Source: Methanomassiliicoccaceae archaeon
Lineage (GTDB): Archaea; Thermoplasmatota; Thermoplasmata; Methanomassiliicoccales; Methanomassiliicoccaceae
NCBI GenBank assembly: GCA_963728405.1
Contig: CAVSJV010000017.1
Location: 398,139 to 462,138 of the forward strand
Length of the DNA: 64,000 nucleotides
Direction: 5' to 3'
The notes below the pieces were generated by a model. The model was not told the DNA's origin and did no database searches. It saw only the letters and a program-made list of their open reading frames with translations. Position numbers and translations under genes: made by a program. This document shows positions 22,622 to 32,689 of this stretch, piece after piece. Positions within the stretch are counted from its first letter, which is position 1. Each line of letters opens with the position of its first letter.

Positions 22622-22945
22622 GAGCGGGAAGTCCCCCTGCGCAAGCGGGGGATGCTCTCGAGCAATAGCACTTTCGGACATTTCACCGTTCGAAATTATT
22701 ACATGAAGGTCGTCAGGAAATTTCTTGCTCTGACACGATCGCCAACAAGTGCCGTCTCTACTCGAACACAGAGGTGGTAACCGTCGCTATCACGCGATCG
22801 TAACGCTTCGATCAAAATCCTCGACCGAGGATACAACAACGAGGCCATGAAGCCACTGAACGAAGCGCTGACCATAGACCTCCAGGACATTTCCGGGGCA
22901 TCCAAGCTCAAGAGCGAGACCACAAACCACGCCGCGCCGGCCTGA
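22622..22945 (+). mobile_element. Decayed tnpB-like remnant / non-autonomous IS200/IS605 derivative, or structured RNA
   Basis: Hairpin TCCCCC-T-GC-GCAA-GC-GGGGGA (22632-22652) and a reading-frame fragment RDRNASIKILDRG (22793-22831) resembling TnpB RuvC-III. Confidence 0.45.
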
Positions 22946-22960
22946 ATACCCTTACCCCTC

Positions 22961-24016
22961 TCAGGGACGGACCCGGGACAGCCGCATGTACTCGGTACCG
23001 TCCTTCTTGACCCAGGCGAACAGTATGTCCTTTTTCACCCCATGGGCCAGGCGGACCGCCCGGGAGATCTCCGGCCAATTGGTAGTATACTCCTCAGGGA
23101 TGGCATGCACCAGCCAGCGAGCGTGGGACTTTTCAGGGTCGTCCTCGTATACTCGGAAGTGGGAGCCGTACTTGAAGCCGGTCTTCACCACCAGTCCGCG
23201 GGAGCGGAGGTCATCGTACGCCTTGAGCCGAAGATCGAAATCATGCTGGAACTTCAAGCCTCGTTTCTTGAACCGCTCCAGGTTCACCCGGCGGCCGGAT
23301 ACGATCGTCGATACGTTCAGCCGCTCACGTTCCATCAGATGCGCTGCCTCGATCAATGATAGCTGCAGCACCTTGCCCAGCTTCTTGCCGTAGAACCCGT
23401 TATCGTACAGCCGCTGGGCTCCTGGCTCGTCGAAGACCATCACGCGGTCCTCGAGTAGAGACCCTTCCACGGGCGGCCCGCTCCATTCTCGGTGAGCCAC
23501 CCCCTTGGGATCGCTGCGGTCAGCGTGGTAGTAGGTCAGATCCCCCTCTTCATCGACGATGGCGATGAGTAGCTCTTTCCGCGTTTTCTCGGAGCGCTCC
23601 ATCTCGGCCATGAACGGGCCGATGCTGAACACTGAACGTTCCGATATCGCCGACACCCAGTTCTTGGTCTGGGCGCTGCTCGGGGTTCCTCCACGAGGGA
23701 ATACTCGAAAATCGAACTCGTTTCCCGCTGATTTGACCAAGAATCCTCTTGACCGCAGGTCGCGATAGACGATGTACTTGATCTCGAAGTCCCGATGGGC
23801 TGAGGAAGCGCAGGCTACCAGGCGGTCCATCGGCAGCGGCTCGCCGTCCTTGAGGACCTCCAGGCGAGCGCTCTCGACCAGATAGATGGCCTCCAGCAGG
23901 TCCAGCTCCAGACCGCCACCGGAGACGGGGTAGCCATAGTAACCTTTATTATAGATCTGGCTGGCCTCGGTCTGGTCCCTGATCAAGACATTATCATTCA
24001 CCAGTTCCCCAGGCAT
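22961..24016 (-). CDS. endA: tRNA-intron endonuclease (two-repeat type)
   Basis: Two LxLxEAxxL...YxDLRSRG repeats; catalytic repeat KTGFKYGSHFRVY...H...RLAHGVKK. Confidence 0.95.
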   Translation of the reverse strand: MPGELVNDNVLIRDQTEASQIYNKGYYGYPVSGGGLELDLLEAIYLVESARLEVLKDGEPLPMDRLVACASSAHRDFEIKYIVYRDLRSRGFLVKSAGNEFDFRVFPRGGTPSSAQTKNWVSAISERSVFSIGPFMAEMERSEKTRKELLIAIVDEEGDLTYYHADRSDPKGVAHREWSGPPVEGSLLEDRVMVFDEPGAQRLYDNGFYGKKLGKVLQLSLIEAAHLMERERLNVSTIVSGRRVNLERFKKRGLKFQHDFDLRLKAYDDLRSRGLVVKTGFKYGSHFRVYEDDPEKSHARWLVHAIPEEYTTNWPEISRAVRLAHGVKKDILFAWVKKDGTEYMRLSRVRP

Positions 24017-24131
24017 GCTACTGGCAAAACCCCCCATGCTAATAATCCTTTCCTCATTCCAGCGACCCATCGTCGGTCGTTTAGATTGCGGTGGAAGGAT
24101 TTATCTAGCGGTAACCCTCAATACATCGTTC

Positions 24132-24146
24132 ACAACCTGAAGTTAC
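24132..24146. promoter_or_regulatory. Putative heat-shock repressor operator ACAAC-N5-GTTAC
   Basis: Imperfect palindrome 21 nt before the regulator ATG; resembles the Archaeoglobus HSR1 box CTAAC-N5-GTTAG. Confidence 0.55.
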
Positions 24147-24167
24147 TATGAACGGCCGGTGAGATCA

Positions 24168-24791
24168 ATGGTAGAACTTGACGAGCTCCTTTCGGTCATC
24201 GAGAACCCCACGAGGCGCAAGATCCTGGAGGCGCTGGTTCGGGAGCCCCACTACCCCCTGCAACTGTCCAAAGAGCTGGGGATGAGCCAACAGGCGATCA
24301 TGAAGCACCTCAAAGTGTTGGAAGGGTACCATTTGGTGAAGAGCTTCCAGGAAGCAAGCGATCTGGGCGGGCCGATGAGGAAGAAGTACTGTCCCGCCCT
24401 GAACTTCACTATCGTGGTGGACCTGGGACCGAACCTGTTCAACGCTGAGCTGCTGACCCGCGAGCACATCGTCCAAGCGGTCACGGCGCGGGGGCACAGG
24501 AAGGACCGGTCAGAGCTGGACGACCAGGTCAGGCAGCTGAGGGAGAGCATGGCGGAGATCGACCGCCAGCTCATCGAACTGCAGCAGAAGAGGGAGGGGC
24601 TCATCGAGGAGAGGGAAAGGACCATGGACGAGGTCGCCCGCCTCATAGCCGGACTGCCCGATTACCAGGTTCGGAAGGTCATGTATGAGTTCATCAGCAG
24701 ACCGGACCTCGATCCCGAGGAGATAGCCCGCGAGCTGTCCATCCGGGACGAGGTGGTGCTGCGCTATCTGAAAGTATGGCTGGAGGGATGA
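24168..24791 (+). CDS. ArsR-type winged-HTH regulator with coiled coil (HSR1/Phr-like heat-shock regulator)
   Basis: IENPTRRKILEAL, LSKELGMSQQAIMKHL, RKKY; upstream of cdc48 and hsp20. Confidence 0.8.
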   Translation: MVELDELLSVIENPTRRKILEALVREPHYPLQLSKELGMSQQAIMKHLKVLEGYHLVKSFQEASDLGGPMRKKYCPALNFTIVVDLGPNLFNAELLTREHIVQAVTARGHRKDRSELDDQVRQLRESMAEIDRQLIELQQKREGLIEERERTMDEVARLIAGLPDYQVRKVMYEFISRPDLDPEEIARELSIRDEVVLRYLKVWLEG

Positions 24792-24793
24792 AA

Positions 24794-25087
24794 ATGAGCG
24801 ATGAACAGAGCCCCCGGAAGAGGGCGGAGATGTATATGGAGCAGATGCTCCGGGTAGCTACCGAGGCTGGCCAGATGCTCGATAAGACCATGGCCATCAT
24901 GGAGACGAGCTCAAAGGAGCTCCTAAGCGCAGTCTCCCGGGAAACGAAGGACAATACCCACGAGATCAAGCGCCTTGCCAACGAGATCATGGGAGAGGTC
25001 AAGGAGGACATCCCCCGGGTCCGGGCCGAGCTCCGGGAGATGGAGGCCAGGGCCAGGGAGAAGCTACGGGAGTTCGAGGGCAAGTAA
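24794..25087 (+). CDS. Hypothetical coiled-coil protein
   Basis: 97-aa charged helical ORF directly after the regulator. Confidence 0.65.
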   Translation: MSDEQSPRKRAEMYMEQMLRVATEAGQMLDKTMAIMETSSKELLSAVSRETKDNTHEIKRLANEIMGEVKEDIPRVRAELREMEARAREKLREFEGK

Positions 25088-25133
25088 AGCAATCTATTAT
25101 ATAGAAGGGCTAGCAATACACTTCCTCTAGTAT

Positions 25134-25148
25134 ACAACTTCTAGTTGT
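25134..25148. promoter_or_regulatory. Putative heat-shock operator ACAAC-TTCTA-GTTGT
   Basis: Perfect 5-5-5 palindrome downstream of a TATA-like TTATATA near 25097-25103 and upstream of the cdc48-hsp20 unit. Confidence 0.65.
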
Positions 25149-25170
25149 CTACTATACTATTGGAGGCTAA

Positions 25171-25332
25171 ATGAACCCTGAGGTCCCCGAAAGGGAGCGG
25201 ACCCCGGTGCCCCGTCGCCGGTGGAAGCCGCTTGACGAACCGGACAGAAGAGTGAACGAGCTAGCCCTGGAGCACGCCACGAGCGTGGCCGAGCCAGCCT
25301 TTGAAACACAGGTCGGTTGGGGCGCTCATTAA
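25171..25332 (+). CDS. Unannotated 53-aa small protein preceding cdc48
   Basis: GGAGG RBS 5 nt before ATG; MNPEVPERERTPVPRRRWKPLDEPDRRVNELALEHATSVAEPAFETQVGWGAH. Confidence 0.5.
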   Translation: MNPEVPERERTPVPRRRWKPLDEPDRRVNELALEHATSVAEPAFETQVGWGAH

Positions 25333-25371
25333 ATAAGCGCTCTGACCAAAGAACATGTGAGAGTGAATATC

Positions 25372-27556
25372 ATGGATTCATCAGAGAAAGTACTAAAGGT
25401 CGCCGAAGCCAAGTCCAAGGACGCGGAGCGCGGCATCGCCAGGGTCGACCCTGCGGTCATGGAGGTCCTCGGCATCACCGCCGGCGACGTCATCCAGATC
25501 GAGGGGAAGAAGCGCACCGTGGCCATCGTCTGGCCGGGGTACCCGGAGGACGCCAACCGCGGAGTGATCCGCATCGACGGCACCATCCGCCGTAACGCTC
25601 AGACCAGTATCGACGAGAAGGTCGCCATTGTCAAAGTCAACGTTAAAGAGGCCCGCAAGATCGCCTTTGCTCCCACTGAGCCCCTCCGCATCATGGGTGG
25701 CGAGGAGTATCTAAGTCAGACCTTGGAAGGACGGGCGGTGACCAGGGGGGACGTCATCCAGATCAATGTCATGGGCCGAAGGATCGACCTGGTGGTGGTC
25801 TCCTTCACCCCTACGTCAGATGCGGTGCTGGTGCACCGGACCACCGAGGTCAAGATCAGCGAGAAGCCGGTCAAGGAAGGCGCCTCCAACAGGCCCAAGG
25901 TCACCTACGAGGACATCGGCGGCCTGGGCGACGAGGTCAAGCGCGTTCGTGAGATGATCGAGCTGCCCCTCAGCCACCCTGAGCTGTTCGAGCGGCTAGG
26001 GGTGGAAGCGCCCAAGGGGGTGCTACTGCACGGGCCACCTGGCACCGGCAAGACGCTGCTGGCGAAAGCCGTCGCCGGGCGAGACCAACGCCAACTTCGT
26101 CACCATCGGCGGGCCCGAGATCATGTCCAAGTTCTACGGCGAGAGCGAAGAACGTCTCCGGGAGATATTCAAGCAGGCCCAGGAGAACGCGCCGAGCATC
26201 ATCTTCATCGACGAGATCGACTCCATCGCCCCCAAGCGCGAAGAGGTAACTGGCGAAACGGAGCGGCGGGTGGTGGCCCAGCTGCTGTCCCTCATGGACG
26301 GCCTGGAGGCCCGGGGCAAGGTCGTGGTCATCGGCGCGACGAACCGCCCCAATGCCCTGGACCCAGCCATACGAAGGCCGGGAAGGTTCGACCGCGAGAT
26401 CGAGATCAACCCACCCAACCGCGAAGGCCGACTGGACATCCTCCAGATCCACACCCGGGGGATGCCCCTGGAGAAGGACGTCAACCTGGAGCAGCTGGCC
26501 GACCTGACCCATGGCTATGTGGGAGCGGACCTCTCGGCGCTCACGAAGGAGGCGGCGATGCACTCGCTACGCCGTATCCTGCCGGAACTGGACCTGGAGA
26601 TGGAGTCCATCCCCATGGACCTGCTGATGAAGATCACCGTCAGGAGGGATGACTTCTTCGCCGCCCTGCGGGAGATGCAGCCTTCCTCCCTGCGCGAGGT
26701 GTTCATCGAGACGCCCAACGTCCACTGGGACGAGATCGGCGGACTGCTCGACGCCAAGAGAGAGCTGCAGGAAGCGGTAGAGTGGCCGCTGAAGTACGCC
26801 TCGGTCTTCGAACACATGAGCGCCACCCCGCCCAAGGGGGTGCTGCTATTCGGTCCGCCCGGCACCGGCAAGACGCTGCTGGCGAAAGCCGTCGCCACGG
26901 AATCGCAGGCCAACTTCATCAACGTGAAGGGGCCGGAGTTCCTGAGCAAGTGGGTCGGCGAGTCCGAGAAGGCCGTGAGGGAGACGTTCCGCAAGGCGCG
27001 TCAGGCCGCACCATGCATCATCTTCATGGACGAGATCGACTCCATCGCCCCGGTACGGGGCGGGGAGGGGGACAGCCATGTCACCGAGCGGGTGATCTCC
27101 CAGATGCTCACCGAGATCGACGGCCTGCAGAGCCTGCACAATGTGGTGGTCATCGCTGCCACCAACCGGCCGGACATGCTGGACCCAGCGCTGCTGCGCC
27201 CCGGACGCTTCGATCGACTGGTAAAGATCCCGACCCCCGATATCGAGGGAAGGAAGCAGGTCCTCCGGATCCATACGGCCAAAAAGCCGCTGGCCTCGGA
27301 CGTGGACATCGACGAGCTGGCCCGGAAGACCGACGGCTACTCCGGCGCGGACCTGGCCGCTCTGGCCAACGAAGCCGTAATGCTCACCATCCGGTCGCTG
27401 GTGTCGAAGAAGAAGGACCTCACCGCCGAGGATATCAACAAGGAGAAGGTCCCCATGAAGTTCTTCATCCAGGCACTGGACAAGGTCAAGCCGATGACCA
27501 GGACCGATCTGGGGAAGTTCCCCAAGGTCGCCAACGATTACGTGTATGTGAGGTAA
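25372..27556 (+). CDS. cdc48: CDC48/VAT-family AAA+ ATPase (+1 frameshift near 26078)
   Basis: N-domain and two AAA modules ([19 protein letters not shown]); C-terminal VYVR. Confidence 0.95.
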
Positions 27557-27561
27557 GTAAC

Positions 27562-28092
27562 ATGGTCGACGATAAGAGAAAGAGACGCCGGACCAACTGG
27601 GACGACCTCTTCGGCAACTTCGACGAGGAGTTCGAGGAGATGCGCCACCGGATGGATTCGCTCATGGAAGGCTTCATGAACGGTAAGATGGACGCCAGCA
27701 TGGGCCAGCCCATCGTCTATGGGTTCTCCATGCGGATGGGACCGGACGGTAAGCCGCACATCCAGGAGTTCGGTAACAAGCCCGCCGAGAGCCCTGAGGA
27801 AGAGGGAGCCCGAGAACCGCTCACCGACATCATCGAGGAGAAGGACAAGGTCCGGGTCATCGTTGAGCTCCCCGGGGTGGAAAAGGACGATATCCAGCTC
27901 CGCGTCGAGGACCGCCTTCTGGACATTTCGGTCGACAAGGAGGACCGCAAGTTCTCCAAGGAGCTGGAACTGCCTTCAGCGGTGGACACGGACTCGGCCC
28001 AGGCCTCGTACAAGAACGGGGTCCTTGAGGTCAGCCTGACCAAGGTGGCCCCCAAGAAGCGTGGCCGAGCGGTCAAGATCGAGGGCAAGTAA
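27562..28092 (+). CDS. hsp20: Small heat-shock protein Hsp20
   Basis: PIVYGFS...GPDGKP.IQEFGN, ELPGVEK, ASYKNGVLEV. Confidence 0.93.
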   Translation: MVDDKRKRRRTNWDDLFGNFDEEFEEMRHRMDSLMEGFMNGKMDASMGQPIVYGFSMRMGPDGKPHIQEFGNKPAESPEEEGAREPLTDIIEEKDKVRVIVELPGVEKDDIQLRVEDRLLDISVDKEDRKFSKELELPSAVDTDSAQASYKNGVLEVSLTKVAPKKRGRAVKIEGK

Positions 28093-28200
28093 GCCCAAAC
28101 CTTTTATCCTTCCCCCATTTTTATTACATTCCAGATACGATATCCATTGCTCTTTTTTTTTAGAGAACGCTCATATAGAAGTTTACGCGTACACTGGTCC

Positions 28201-29176
28201 GTGCAGAGGGATGAACTGATAGAGGCAGTACGGTCCGTCCTGACAAGGTCAGAATTCTACCGTCTCCCGACCGTTGGCCATGCGAGGCATCAGCTTCGAT
28301 GTGGTGGCGCGCCGTGAGGATACCCTCCTCATCATCAAGATACTGAGCAATGTCGATGCCTTCTCGAAGGAGAACGCCGAAGAGATGCTCACCCTGGGCG
28401 AGGCATTGGGCGCTTCCCCGTTGCTGATTGGAGAACGCTCCGGGGCCGGGGAGATCGACGAGAGCATCGTGTACTCCCGGTTCGGCATCCCCATCATCTC
28501 ACTGACGACCCTTTCGGATCATCTGCTGGAAGGCGCGCCCCCCTTCATTTTCGCCGCTCCCGGTGGACTATATGTCAAGCTGGACAGCGACCTTCTCAAG
28601 AAGCTAAGAGAGGATAGAAGCATCTCCCTGGGCACGCTGGCCGAGATCGCCGGGGTGTCCCGAAGAACGATCCAGATGTACGAGACCGGCATGGGGGCGA
28701 TGATCGACGTGGCGATACGTCTGGAAGAGTTCCTCAACCAGCCGATCGTGACGCCCGTCAATCCGTTCCATCATTGCATTGCCAAGCCCAAGGACAAGGG
28801 CGCCGCCAACGTCGTCCCGCCGTCCTCGGACATATTCACCCAGGAAGTGTACCAACGCCTCAACAACATGGGTTTCTCCATCGTGCCGACGTCCCGCTGC
28901 CCGTTCGAGGCGCTAAGCAAGGACAAGCAGATCCTCATCCTGACCGGGCTGGGAAAGGACGAGAGCAAGCTGAAGGACAAGGCCATGGCCGTGTCCGACA
29001 TTTCCAAGGTGACGGGGCGCTGCTCGGTCATCTTCATCGAGCGGGCCAAGAGCAAGCACAACATCGGCGGCACGCCCATAGTCGGACGGGACGAGCTCCG
29101 GAAGATCACCGAGTCGGTCATCCTGTACGAACTGGTCAGTGCAAGGAGCGAGAACGATGAGAAGCATAAGGATTGA
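28201..29176 (+). CDS. Archaeal HTH transcriptional regulator, MJ1164/COG1395 family (frameshift near 28260)
   Basis: SFDVVARR, KILSNVD, AAPGGLYV and an XRE HTH (SLGTLAEIAGVSRRTIQMYE). Confidence 0.85.
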
Positions 29177-29800
29177 TTCCGCTTCCGTTGCCCTACTGCC
29201 GGTGGTCAAAGGGCCGGTCAGCGAGGGGGGTGCCGTAGAAAAGGCGTTCGAGGAGATCGCTCCGGATGTCATTGCCGTTTCCATCTCTCGAGAGGACCTG
29301 ATGGGCCTGCGCAATCGCGAGGATTACGACAAGTACGAACCCAGCGACCTGGAAATTATTTATCAAGCGTTCCTGGAAAAGTTTGGCGAGGTGCGCTTAC
29401 CTCCCCCGGCATACGTGAAGGCGCTGGAGCTCTCTGAGAGCAAAGGTATTCCCATCGTCCCGTTGGACATGAACAATGAAGTGTACACCGAAGCGTACTG
29501 TGAGCATGTCGGGACGGGGACATGATCAGGGAATCGTTCTTCGCTCGACGGGCCACGGGCAAGAAGTTCGATCTCTCGAGCCCTTGCGCTTTTGCTATCA
29601 GCTGGGATAAACGAGTGAACAAGGCCAAGGGGTTCCGTGAGCTGGAGCTCGAGAGGGAAAAGCACATGGTTGCGGCCTTGCGCAACCTGGCCAAGATGTA
29701 CCGCAACATCCTGGCAGTGGTGGAGTGCGAGCGGTCCGAAGGAGTGCTACGGGTCCTGGAAGCTCCGCCCGCGGAAACCAACGGCCACGGGGTTAAATAA
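29157..29800 (+). CDS. Hypothetical protein, TraB/GumN-like (frameshift near 29517)
   Basis: PVVKG..SE, PLDM, EREKHM, LAVVECER. Confidence 0.55.
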
Positions 29801-29820
29801 GCCGGAATCGATGACCGGCC

Positions 29821-31486
29821 ATGCGGGACGGGGACCCACTGGGTGTAAGGTTCAGCGAGGCCGTGGACCGGTTCGCCCTCTGGCTCGAACGGAATCGTTT
29901 GTCCGTCATCGGTGTCTTTGTCTACATCGTCTCGATCTCAGTGATAAGAGACCTGGCGGAGTATTTCCTGCTGGACCACGAGTTCGTCACCACCTCTCAT
30001 CCCTGGATATTCAGTATCGCCCACCATGTGGCGTTCTACCTGGTGACGTTCCTTGGCCTGGTCCTGCTGCTGACCGCCTTCTCCGGAAGGGGGCTGAGGC
30101 GGTCGGTGAACTATCTCTGTACCTTCTTTTGGATCATCATCCTACCGCCGTTCATCGACCACTATTTTTTTGGCATGAACAGTAATTATTCGTATTCCTC
30201 GGCGACCGATTTCCTCAATGCATTGATCCACTTTAGCGGGGCCAACTTCCATCCCGGTCAAGCCCTGGAGGTCGGGGTGGTCCTTTTCGGCCTCGGTGCC
30301 TATGCGTTTTGGCTCCAACGGACAAAATTGGATAGTCCCCTGGGGCGGCTCATCGTCCTCTTGAAGGTCTCCCTCCTGATGGGGTTCTCGTTCATGGCGA
30401 TGTTCATCCTGGCCACCCCTGGGGCCTACTTGCCGGTGGGGAGCGAGGGTGGTTTCCCTGTCTTTCCCAACTTTGAGACCACAAGATACTACCAATTCCA
30501 TCTGTTCATGCTGACCTACTATCTGCTCGTGGGGATGGCCTTGATCGCGGTCCTGGTAAAGCTTTCCACGAATCGGCTATCCGTTTACGTCCGCAGCATG
30601 CGTCCCTTTCAAACGACCTTTTTCATAGCGATCATGACGGCAGGAACGGCCCTGGGGTGGAGCGCCAGCGGAGGTTCCGCCCTGGTGACCTCCATTCTCC
30701 AGAAACCATATTGGGTGAACTTATCGTTCCTGGGGATGGCCCTGGTGTCATCGATGCTGGTATGGATGGTAAGTGCGATGTGGAACGATATCAGCGATCG
30801 AGGGATGGATGACCCCCATACCCGACCAAGGGTGCTGTCCAGCGGCCTCATGGGGCCGCGTGGCTATGCTCAGATATCGCTTCTGCTGCTGATAATTGCT
30901 CTTTCGATCGCCCTCATCGATCTCCGTCCAAAATCTCATTATCGTTGTTGCCATCGCCGGCCTATCTTACGCTTACTCGTTCAAACCGCTTAGATTGAAG
31001 GAGCATGCTCTGCGCCCCCTCCTTATCGGGCTAGGGACATTTCTGGTGTTCCTCTATGGTTATATCACTCCCTACAATGAGGTGGCCTATTTTCCGATCG
31101 GGGACATCCACTATCTTTCTGGAGCGGTGATCGCCCCGCTCCTGACACCTGAAGCGTTCTATCTGGGCGCCATAATGGCATTGGGGGTGATCATCGGTTC
31201 GATGGTCACGGACATCGATGCGGTGGAGGACGACCGACGGGGCGGGGTCCGGACCGTTTTTACTTTGCTGGGAGAAGAGAAGGGCACCTACGCGGTGTGC
31301 CTTTTGGTGTTCATCGCCGCCCTGACCCCTTTGATCCTGTTCCATCAGGCGATCGATGTGGTCCTCTTCGTGATGCTGGGGGTTGTGGCTTCATTCCTCC
31401 TCTACAGAAAAAGGAACGCCAGGCCGGTCCTGTTGATCGCCCTGCTCGGACTGGTCTACGCTGCGTTCCGTCTTATCGTTCAATGA
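29821..31486 (+). CDS. UbiA-family prenyltransferase with a large N-terminal membrane extension (frameshift near 30920)
   Basis: NDISDRGMD, YSFKPLRLK and DIDAVEDDRRGGVRT aspartate-rich motifs. Confidence 0.75.
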
Positions 31487-32659
31487 GCCCTTTGCGATGA
31501 CAGGAACAAGGGGATGAAAGAAGGAACGGCATGTTTGAGCAGGGTTCTCCAATCATCCTCACCTCGAGAGATGTCCATGCAGGCCCGGACCAGGTCCTCA
31601 CGTTCGGAGAACTCCATCAAGAACCTGGTCATGTCGACCTTGCCTATCAACCAGTGAAGGACCGGCCCGATGACGCTGGCCGCTCGAAGGTCCCGGAGGA
31701 TGTGGTCACCGCACGACCGGTCGTATCGGTTCAACGGTAGACCGTTGACAACATTATCCTGGACCGCTTTGGCCGCCAGTTTACCGCTGGTCAAGGCGTA
31801 GGTCATCCCCTCACCCGTCAGGGGATTGACGAACCCTGCTGCATCGCCCACCACCAGCGATCGGGCCGTGCTCAACCGCCTTCGAGGCACTAACGGAAGG
31901 GGATGTGTCGTCACCATCCCTGGAGAGATGTCACCCACCCGCTCCTTGATGTCCTCAAGGATGGAGCCTATCCTCCGTTCCAGAGTCCTTCGATCGACAT
32001 GGTATCCGACGACCCCGATGTTGGCCCCCCGTCGCGTGGGGAAGAGCCACCCATTGGTTGGATAATCTGGCATCCAACGAATGCCTGGGGTCGGGGTATC
32101 CATGAAGTGTATCTCCAGGGCGTCGCTCACTTCGCCTCTGAACTCGCACTCTAGTGCCGCTCCGATCGCCTTCGTACCCTTTCGATTTCCCCCGAGAAGG
32201 GCGTTCGCCAAGTGGCTGGAGGCACCGTCGGCGATGATCAGGCATCTCGCCTCGATCTTTCCCCGAACCGTGCTGAGGGCGACGTGTTCCTTGTATTCCC
32301 TCGCCTCCAAAACCCGGGTCCCATCCCATAGCTCGGCTCCTTCCAGCTCAGCATTCTTGACCAGGTATTGGTCGAACCGATCTCGATGGACCGTGTATGC
32401 AACGGCCTTCTGGAATCGGAACTCACGCCTTACATCGCCGCGAACAATGGTGAAGGCGGTGATCTCCCGCTCAACCAGGCCCTCCGGGATCGACCCATCG
32501 AGCACAGTTGGCCGCCCGTTTCAGGACCCCCCCGGCACAGCATTTGTGCCTAGGGAGGGTGCCTTTCTCGATGAGCAGTGTGCTCAGGCCGGCCTGAGCA
32601 CACTTATGGGCGGCGAAAGCCCCGGCTGGACCGGCACCGGATATTACCACATCGTACAT
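31480..32659 (-). CDS. Geranylgeranyl reductase-family FAD oxidoreductase (frameshift near 32515)
   Basis: YDVVISGAGPAG, KCCAGG, RDRFDQYL, ADG, WLFP, GDAAGFVNPLTGEGM. Confidence 0.85.
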
Positions 32660-32689
32660 CAGAGCCGTCCGCCGGAGGCTATGCGCAGC

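Noticed and set aside
22615-22950. RNase P or SRP RNA (GGGAAGTCC resembles the P4 5' strand; length about 330 nt)
   Set aside because: No matching 3' P4 strand or closing P1 helix on either strand, and no SRP helix 8 motif. The tnpB-like fragment explains the region better.
26782-27561. Apparent 436-aa Hsp20 fusion ORF
   Set aside because: The upstream part is an alternative frame of cdc48. Hsp20 starts at 27562 after a GAGGT RBS.
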